Shown piece after piece: positions 57,901 through 64,000 of a stretch of DNA of 64,000 bases. Location: the IMG/VR virus record IMGVR_UViG_3300032116_000001, positions 124,001-188,000 of that record; one strand, 5' to 3'. The first letter of the stretch is position 1; each line of letters begins with the position of its first letter. A model generated the notes under the pieces. That model had not been told where the DNA came from. It did no database searches and saw nothing but the letters and a program-made list of their open reading frames with translations. The position numbers and the translations under genes are program-made.

Positions 57901-59247
57901 AGTCCAACATGGTTTGTGAATTTACCAAAAGACATTGAGGTACGATCAGGTGCCCAAGGCTTTAGAGACAGACTGGTTTGGTTTAGAACCGTGCCTGCTG
58001 AGGGGGATAATTTGGGAGAGTTTGCAGTTTCAGCACTTGAAAATCCAACAAGCGGCAGAATTCATGTTGTTCAAGACGGCGACCCTGAGATTTCAAGCCA
58101 GTCATTTAACTCTATGAATGCGACTGGAAAAATAATCAAACAATATAGTTTTGACGCACCTTATTTACCACTGCTTGACAAAGGAACTGTGCAGGGGCCA
58201 AATGGCAATGGGTTTAGAGACTTTGAAGGAAAAAACCCAAGTATTGTAATGATGCCTACAACTATGAGTGGAGAAAATCCATCTCTTATTGCATTGGTTG
58301 CCCAAGCTGATGATAGTGAATCTTCTTTCAATGTCGCACTTAATGCTCGCAGCGGTTTAGTGGGAAGCTGGATCGGTCCAAATAGAGAACTTGGTGAGTC
58401 TGAGTTCGGAAAAATAAGAAAAGTTGCACAAGGCATGTTCAATCCATCTGTTGCGATATCTAATAATGGCGTCAGCGCATATGTTGCTGGCTGGGTCAAT
58501 CCTGGAACTATAGTACTTAAGCAGACAAATTTATTTGATGCTCGTAAATCAACCACAATCGCAGAGGGCTTAAATTTCATTATTGATGGCGACCCTAATC
58601 CATCATTGGGCTCTGGACAAAGATCAATTATTCCAAGGGGCAGTTTATCGGGGAAAGCTACGCAAACATTTCCAGCAATTATGATTGATGATCGAGAAAT
58701 TGTAACAATTGCTTATGCAATTGATGGTGAATCAGGAAAACTATTTGCACGAAGATTTGACGGATATAATGTGAGCAACAAGTTTCTTCTAGCTGATTTA
58801 AGGGCTCAGGGCACCGCTGGAAATGATACAATTTCTATTTTTGGACCCGCGCTAGCCTGGAACAAAAAAACACATTCAGCATTTATGGCTTGGTGGTGCG
58901 GAGGTAAAATTTTTGCAGGATCGTTTTCTCTGCTAACTTCTGACTCTTCACAAAGTCTGCTCACTCCTATTCAATTAGTTGCTGGAAACAGAGACTTTAC
59001 GTCCTCGGGGAACTCAGCACATGCATCATTTATAGCATTGAAATCCAATGGCTCATTAAGAGTTGATCAATTGGGCACACCAGAGCAAGACGTCCCAAGA
59101 CAAAGAGTGGGCCTGTTTGTTAGTCAAAAATTCCCCCACCAAGGCAATTTATTCATTTGGTATCGAGACTCCGAGGGCAATTTGAGAATGCGCGAGGTGA
59201 TGATTGGCGGAGTGGTCGGAGCCCCAACTATATACTCGCAAGATTAA
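54949..59247 (+). CDS. Large beta-rich virion (tail/baseplate-associated) protein
   Basis: 1432 aa, P/S/N-rich beta composition with propeller-like repeats (NPSIV, NPSVA, FPAIM, GPALA). Confidence 0.55.
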   Translation: MPDPYVNPNKTIPSGGYLWVPNVTPNGGATPIGFRPTIVGRGQFRNDLPVQTDYPNGSVVVTYDGELISLENSENWPFLNAFRPLQRPSAVRGAAPNSPFIVSGTDWKWQVDLKTPTRLSAATFTYSLTVDVQDDSVFNLIDRESDDGRAILAYRSNPSQSLDIDWSKYIWGRVDVDDIEFPPLVEDKPSQIAVTGIQSTTDNQAEPTTTVTIKFGTGLNAEDYQIRQKLTIKNRHEISALKFSLHEILLFDAARVNLIEEQLPCALLSYAFPVAFNYSPSRGSLVHPNNLSTPNFHVKLFHPESNTNSPGFAHSMSVRFLLFSMPISGIDPFSFFGVANPFSLYFVVFIGPVPGKRTLRYGMIGKYSKATAGRVVPVDYFTLQQNARIFKIQKTESEGRPSDNATWTDVDNGEYDPQNIPAFDPIRGPWLRHFTYFDDNGDNKSWYRVIQTLSTGNQFIGPSFQGSLFSERLPLRMVDSPSTTTAIDSTTLIRRIQVDSGNNPLNSNPLALFVAVNEDRPPADPVNFVKGSWKLSLRAACPDPNYLSYSHLYARIWFVPEDHNISETNIHEYRDKTEICFETSDGQTKLVRRAPRSLSELMVSPPLPQSISDLEIARYIDVDTSFNFNLGSRAKMVAGLYEVTALSEDGISSDLSNNDYDLPKINIEINAESTAVDTTLQQTLSQVLYPQRASNFDSSRYIIYPKPLVVSTKLVGGSEIPSGNDVYTEYNKTFASKTDNNSNITNAFDQLLTFVKSGQDNNIGKVGIPFENVPQQRDPNLFVVADFVTNDLSLQAGKIDTGPWSIVLRSHRSIDNERIAIDIRLEAMLVTTDGRVSERIFRSPYIKDRGQEEADYVYDVDLQIPFLIGNSDTQMVLRVYAYPYSRSGQLLDINAIKSSLNNLSGIIPFGLRIQELTIIDHTINRLEIDQIDSVLGSPAFYEDLPLVPNRTIGDQEFWFIAANDLLTTRVVDGLRGLDVTGCIYSPTWFVNLPKDIEVRSGAQGFRDRLVWFRTVPAEGDNLGEFAVSALENPTSGRIHVVQDGDPEISSQSFNSMNATGKIIKQYSFDAPYLPLLDKGTVQGPNGNGFRDFEGKNPSIVMMPTTMSGENPSLIALVAQADDSESSFNVALNARSGLVGSWIGPNRELGESEFGKIRKVAQGMFNPSVAISNNGVSAYVAGWVNPGTIVLKQTNLFDARKSTTIAEGLNFIIDGDPNPSLGSGQRSIIPRGSLSGKATQTFPAIMIDDREIVTIAYAIDGESGKLFARRFDGYNVSNKFLLADLRAQGTAGNDTISIFGPALAWNKKTHSAFMAWWCGGKIFAGSFSLLTSDSSQSLLTPIQLVAGNRDFTSSGNSAHASFIALKSNGSLRVDQLGTPEQDVPRQRVGLFVSQKFPHQGNLFIWYRDSEGNLRMREVMIGGVVGAPTIYSQD

Positions 59248-59283
59248 CACAATTCGCTTCGCGCAGACGTATTAGAATTGTCC

Positions 59284-59308
59284 AGGTAAAATTTTGGAAT
59301 ATATGGAA
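59284..59308 (+). promoter_or_regulatory. AGG-N19-GAA motif 11 nt before the cca start
   Basis: AGG taaaattttggaatatatg GAA. Confidence 0.65.
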
Positions 59309-59319
59309 AAATAAAATTC

Positions 59320-61488
59320 ATGTGGTATCGATTTGCTCAAAAAAAATCAAAAAACGAAGGCGTATTTTATCACCCTTTGGACATTTCTTTTAGTTCAACA
59401 CTAAGGGGAATATTTGATTTTCTGAGACAAAAAAATTACAAAGCATTAATTGTTGGCGGATCGGTAAGAGATGCTTTGCAAGGCATAAGCCCCAAAGATA
59501 TCGACATTGAGGTTTATGGAATATCATATGATGAATTGGCAAAACTTTTGTCTAACTTTGGCAAAATAGACATTGTTGGGAAAACATTTGGTGTAATTAA
59601 GCTTTCAGACAATGAAGGCAATGACTTTGATTTTTCTATTCCCCGAAGAGAAAATAAAACAGGAGTGGGCCATAAAGACTTTTCTGTAATTTTTGACCCC
59701 AGTATTAATCCCAAGGAGGCCGCGGCTCGCAGAGATTTTACAATTAATTCGCTGGCTTACGACCCATTAACAGAAGAAGTGCATGATTACTTTGGTGGCA
59801 TTGAAGACCTTCAAAACAAAGTTCTGCGACATACAAGCAATGCATTCGCAGAGGACCCACTTAGGGTTTTGCGCGGAATGCAATTTGCCACAAGATTTAA
59901 TATGAATTTGGCCCCTGAAACTGCGAATATTATTAGGGAAGAAGTTTCGGATGATGAGCACTACCATTCTTTGGCTAAAGAAAGAATCTCAGAAGAATTT
60001 ATGAAAATGGCCACAAAAGGCAAATATCCTGGCAGGGCGATTCAATATTTAAAGGACACGGGATGGATTAGATTTTTTCCTCAGCTTGAGGCAATAATTG
60101 GCGTGCCACAAGAATATGAGTGGCACCCAGAAGGCTGGTCTCATTCATTAATTTCTAAAAAAAGCATTAATAACCAAGGTCAGAAACTTCCAATTGAAAA
60201 TTTGACTCGCGAATTTCTTAATAGTGCCATTCGTGAATATCGGGCCAATCAACAAAAAACATTCAGAAGAAATTCCTCTTCACGTCAATCAAGAAGTATT
60301 TTGGCAGATAGCACCTTAAAAGAAAAACAAAACATTGCTTTTGAGATTCCAATAACAACCTTGATGTCAGTGATGGGGGATTCATTGGAAGAACACGCTG
60401 TTGTTCAAAATATGATTTACTCTGTTGCATCTTATGCGGCGGGCTCAATTTTGGGAGATCACAATAGCGCAAATGTGGGGTTTGCTAATCGCTCTAGCGA
60501 TAACGCGCTTGATGCTGTTATAGATAATGCTGTATTTTCTGTTGATAATGACAGAATTTTATTCAATTTTGATTTGATATTTCGCACAAATAAAATTAAT
60601 GATGCACAAACATTGAGCACAAAAGATGTGCATTTTATCACAATCGGTGACGTTGGCACTCATACTTCACACGTTATGGACGCGGCTGCTGAAATTGCGG
60701 ACAGAGATGGTTTACAAGGGGATGAACGTGCCGCCCTGATTTTTGCTGCCCTTGGGCATGACCTTGCGAAAGCCACTACCACCGAACAAAGAGAAAAAGG
60801 TGGAAAAATCAGATGGACGGCTCATGGCCACGAGGAAGCATCTGTTCCAGTGGCAGAAGAACTTTTGCAATCAATAGGCATTAAGCAAGATATTATCAAG
60901 CGCGTACTACCGATTATTGAGCGGCATCTTGAACACATTAGGTTTAATCCAGCGACATCGTCTATTGCTCAAATTAGGCAATTAGCAAATAGCCTACACC
61001 CTGCTAATATTGAAGATTTGGCAAGATTAATGGAAGCAGACTCTAGTGGCCGACCACCATTGCCCAAGGGCCTCCCAGATCAAGCCAGACTAATGCTCAA
61101 TTTGGCCCGAGAAGACGGCTCCAATGCTGGCCGACCAAATCCCCTAATACAGGGCAGAGATGTGATGCCTTATTATCAAAACAGGGGCGGCAAGCATATT
61201 GGCGAAGTGGTGCAAGATGCTTATAACGCGCAAATTAAAGGAAGAATTTCCACTGTGGAACAAGCAAGGGAGTGGTTAGATAACTATCTTCGTGGTCGCA
61301 CATCTTTACTAAGAGGAGACGATATACTACCATATTTTAACAACAATGGCGGCCCACATATTGCTGAAATTCTAAAGCAGGCCTGGACCGCGCAACAAGC
61401 TGGGGAATTTGATACTCAAGAATCCGCAAGAAGCTGGCTGTCTAATTACATGCAAAACAAATCAAATAAGCCAGATGCGACTGTATAA
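59320..61488 (+). CDS. cca: CCA-adding tRNA nucleotidyltransferase with HD domain, 171-aa insertion and duplicated tail domain
   Basis: VGGSVRD, DIDIEV, RRDFTIN, EDPLRVLR, ERISEE, HPEG..DVGTHT, ALGHDLAK. Confidence 0.92.
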   Translation: MWYRFAQKKSKNEGVFYHPLDISFSSTLRGIFDFLRQKNYKALIVGGSVRDALQGISPKDIDIEVYGISYDELAKLLSNFGKIDIVGKTFGVIKLSDNEGNDFDFSIPRRENKTGVGHKDFSVIFDPSINPKEAAARRDFTINSLAYDPLTEEVHDYFGGIEDLQNKVLRHTSNAFAEDPLRVLRGMQFATRFNMNLAPETANIIREEVSDDEHYHSLAKERISEEFMKMATKGKYPGRAIQYLKDTGWIRFFPQLEAIIGVPQEYEWHPEGWSHSLISKKSINNQGQKLPIENLTREFLNSAIREYRANQQKTFRRNSSSRQSRSILADSTLKEKQNIAFEIPITTLMSVMGDSLEEHAVVQNMIYSVASYAAGSILGDHNSANVGFANRSSDNALDAVIDNAVFSVDNDRILFNFDLIFRTNKINDAQTLSTKDVHFITIGDVGTHTSHVMDAAAEIADRDGLQGDERAALIFAALGHDLAKATTTEQREKGGKIRWTAHGHEEASVPVAEELLQSIGIKQDIIKRVLPIIERHLEHIRFNPATSSIAQIRQLANSLHPANIEDLARLMEADSSGRPPLPKGLPDQARLMLNLAREDGSNAGRPNPLIQGRDVMPYYQNRGGKHIGEVVQDAYNAQIKGRISTVEQAREWLDNYLRGRTSLLRGDDILPYFNNNGGPHIAEILKQAWTAQQAGEFDTQESARSWLSNYMQNKSNKPDATV

Positions 61489-61522
61489 AAGAATACATTA
61501 GGCTCATCACAACACCACTGAT

Positions 61523-61547
61523 AGGATGATGATCTTGAAAAACAGAA
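61523..61547 (+). promoter_or_regulatory. AGG-N19-GAA motif 12 nt before ATG 61560
   Basis: AGG atgatgatcttgaaaaaca GAA. Confidence 0.6.
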
Positions 61548-61559
61548 AAATATACGCAG

Positions 61560-64000
61560 ATGGCTGATATAAGAGAATTAAATGCGACTTGCATAATCGG
61601 GGCGATATTCGTTCCATCTGGTGGTTACATCGGAGGGACATATTCTCGCACAAGGGTGCAAAAAGACCCCGCTAATTTAGCACCATCTACATTTAATTAT
61701 AATTCTAACAGGCCCAGTGATGTTTCGCCAAGGCTTCAGCCAATAGCACAAAATGCTGGTTCATTAATGGCAATTCCCAATAAATTTGTGGGAGCATCGC
61801 TTTGTACATTTGTTTTTGGGGGCATAGCACCTGATGATAACAAAAGCGGTAATGCAAAGCATCCATTGTTTAATCTTATTAAAGGTCCAAAAACATCTGT
61901 GGCCTATGATGATGACCCCAACACAATTTTAAAATATGACCCGACTTTTGATGGGGAAGCCAATGTCGGCACAACGGGAGATACAGAGGATGATTTTCCA
62001 GACTATACACCAGTAATACCCCCAGTGCCATCCTCGCAATTTCCTTTTATACCCTCAGTATCTAGCTCAAGGTTTCAAAATGCTCAAATACTACCAACTT
62101 ATAATATTTGGAAACTAAGCAACATTGATGAATCTCAACTGACTTATAAGAAGTATTATGGTCCAGTTTTTCCCGATGGTTATCAAGGGCCACACATACG
62201 TCAAGTTTTTAACTCGGACGGTTCTTGCTCCGTTGAGGTTAGCGCACAAAATGTTGCGGCTGACATTAAAAGAATTTTCCCAATATCGAGAGATTTGATG
62301 TATGAAGATGGAGCAAAGTTATATTATCCAACATCTTCTGAGCAAACTTTTTCAAGAGAAATTAAAGCCCGCGGTGGAAAAAATTGCGGATTCCAAATAC
62401 ATTTTAACCACTCAACTGTGTCTTCAATGACTAATCCAAAATCAAGCGATAGTACAGGAAGCATTAGAATAACATGGGGGAACAATGCGCCTTTAAAAAA
62501 AGGCGACTATATAACAAACTATATGCTGACGTTAGTTCCTGGAAAATCTCCAGAACTTACGTTTTATCACCCAGGCAAGGGAGAGTGGACAACATTCCCT
62601 CTAAATGGCCCAACTTTTGGCGGAGGGGACGGCAATTATTCAGTTTATGTGCATTATTCTGGCCCATCAATGCTTGTAGGTTTTGATTCTGATATGAATC
62701 AGTGGAACACATTTTCTCCACTTGATGATAGACAGGGTGGAGATTATGCCAGAATTTACGAACATCTTATCGATGAAACAGCATCTATAAGCATGATATT
62801 AACCAATATAACCACTTCGTTTCAGTATGGCGGGATTGCTTTTAGTAATTACAATCCTGAACAGCGCATTCCTGATGCCAATGGCAATATTGATCCAGAT
62901 AGTGATTATGGCTTCAATAAAGTTAGTTTTTCGGCCCCTAAAGACAAAGAATCAACAATAACACCATCTGCTATTCAAAAAAACCTAGATAAGCATAGAT
63001 ATTTATCAAAGTCTCAGCAAGATTTTGAAAATGATTTTGAAAGCAATGCTTCGTATTACGGCGACTGGAGGTCTCCTGGCCCCGAGCTTATTTATATTGA
63101 AAAAACAAGAGCTTCTGATTCTATCAGCACTCAAGTTGAGGGAATTATACAGTTTAGAACAACAATCGAGGGTGTGGGATTCTTGCATGTTCGAAACTCT
63201 GATGAGGGCACATCAACTGCGTCGCAAGGCCAGACACTCGGAGATTCGGCTGCTGGAAGTTTTTTCTCCGAAACATCAATTGCCTCAGAAGCCGAAACCC
63301 CTTCTTCTGCGGTTAGAAGCAAGGTTGTTCAGGAACTTCCTTGGGGTGATATTTCACAATGGCTTACTGGATGGTCTATTAACTATTCTCTTAACGGAAA
63401 TAATCGCACATCTGTTGAAGGTCGCGCAAACATCACGCTTGTAAACATGGCGTTAACGGAAGAAGGAAGCCAAATTTTAGATGTTCTTGAGAACAACACA
63501 CTTGCCGTGACATTATCTGCTGGCTACGGCGACACACCTGTGTATTTTCAGGGAATAATAGAGTCTCAGAAAACCACAAGAGAGGGCAACAAGATGGTTA
63601 CGGTTTTGACAGCGACAGATGTCGCGACGAAGTGTCTATCAGATATACCATTCAGAAGCGTATTGTATTTCGGAGGCATGCGATACGGAAGAATTCTTGA
63701 TTATTGTATTGCTTGTTCTGGATTCGGGGATCATTACATTAGGCAATCCGACTCGACTGATGAAAGATTTTCTATTTTTCAGAATAATATGAATTTCAGA
63801 CTTTCAAACTCGCCAATTTCTGAAAGTTTGGCCAACGATGTTCTTAGTGCTAATTTTAAGAAAGTTATCATGGACGTAATTCGTCCCACTTTAGACTTAA
63901 TATCTAGTAGAGAGGCTCTCCCTGTGTTGTTCTGGGACTATGACAACCAAATCATTCGCATAGGATGGAGGTATGAACCAGATTATCAAGATTCATTAAA
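61560..64000 (+). CDS. Baseplate hub/tail-associated protein, runs off the window end (missing from the ORF track)
   Basis: Manual translation MADIRELNATCII... stays open to position 64000; distal DISQWLTGWSINY..RANITLVN..VTLSAGY..YFQGII..LTATD is hub (gp27/gpD)-like. Confidence 0.7.
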   Translation, partial: MADIRELNATCIIGAIFVPSGGYIGGTYSRTRVQKDPANLAPSTFNYNSNRPSDVSPRLQPIAQNAGSLMAIPNKFVGASLCTFVFGGIAPDDNKSGNAKHPLFNLIKGPKTSVAYDDDPNTILKYDPTFDGEANVGTTGDTEDDFPDYTPVIPPVPSSQFPFIPSVSSSRFQNAQILPTYNIWKLSNIDESQLTYKKYYGPVFPDGYQGPHIRQVFNSDGSCSVEVSAQNVAADIKRIFPISRDLMYEDGAKLYYPTSSEQTFSREIKARGGKNCGFQIHFNHSTVSSMTNPKSSDSTGSIRITWGNNAPLKKGDYITNYMLTLVPGKSPELTFYHPGKGEWTTFPLNGPTFGGGDGNYSVYVHYSGPSMLVGFDSDMNQWNTFSPLDDRQGGDYARIYEHLIDETASISMILTNITTSFQYGGIAFSNYNPEQRIPDANGNIDPDSDYGFNKVSFSAPKDKESTITPSAIQKNLDKHRYLSKSQQDFENDFESNASYYGDWRSPGPELIYIEKTRASDSISTQVEGIIQFRTTIEGVGFLHVRNSDEGTSTASQGQTLGDSAAGSFFSETSIASEAETPSSAVRSKVVQELPWGDISQWLTGWSINYSLNGNNRTSVEGRANITLVNMALTEEGSQILDVLENNTLAVTLSAGYGDTPVYFQGIIESQKTTREGNKMVTVLTATDVATKCLSDIPFRSVLYFGGMRYGRILDYCIACSGFGDHYIRQSDSTDERFSIFQNNMNFRLSNSPISESLANDVLSANFKKVIMDVIRPTLDLISSREALPVLFWDYDNQIIRIGWRYEPDYQDSL

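Noticed and set aside
60136-60648. CCA insertion as a canonical intein or group I intron
   Set aside because: No Cys/Ser/Thr start, no His-Asn end and no C+1 nucleophile; no U at the 5' junction; fully open in the host frame.
1-64000. tRNA, rRNA, tmRNA genes, CRISPR arrays, reverse transcriptase/DGR
   Set aside because: Intergenic gaps are short, and no T-loop or D-loop signatures, regularly spaced repeats or RT motifs were seen by eye; tRNAscan-SE and a CRISPR finder would be needed to exclude them formally.
1-64000. Stop-codon reassignment as in some large phages
   Set aside because: Genes are long and tightly packed under the standard code, and TAA, TAG and TGA all end recognisable genes.

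Overview
This window is the virion-morphogenesis region of a large tailed phage (Caudoviricetes, jumbo-phage-like gene sizes, standard genetic code); the host cannot be assigned from it. The + strand head module runs: several acidic or helical hypothetical proteins, a portal fused to a DUF559/Vsr-like nuclease domain, a 1426-aa prohead protease, a scaffold-like protein, a decoration protein and a short HK97-fold major capsid protein. It is followed by a free-standing LAGLIDADG endonuclease, a ParB-like gene, an ADP-ribosyltransferase-like gene interrupted by a tnpB-only IS200/IS605 element, and rusA. A long - strand block (27.8-51.3 kb) encodes neck, tail-tube-like and tail proteins, a degenerate PHP protein, an Rnl1-type RNA ligase and a glycosyltransferase cluster. 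The right end carries large tail/baseplate-like genes and a CCA-adding enzyme with a 171-aa in-frame insert. The most interesting pattern is a candidate head-cargo sorting system. Unrelated genes share near-identical N-terminal peptides (MWYR[F/L][A/S]; a second helical A-x-x-L-D...RIAQ tag). Head-module proteins are rich in [K/R]-x-A-[S/Q] motifs resembling assemblin-type Ala cleavage sites. Most tagged genes outside the head operon sit behind a conserved AGG-N19-GAA promoter-like motif (13 copies found by eye). No tRNA, rRNA or CRISPR array was seen. All family assignments are from motif recognition by eye, not database searches.
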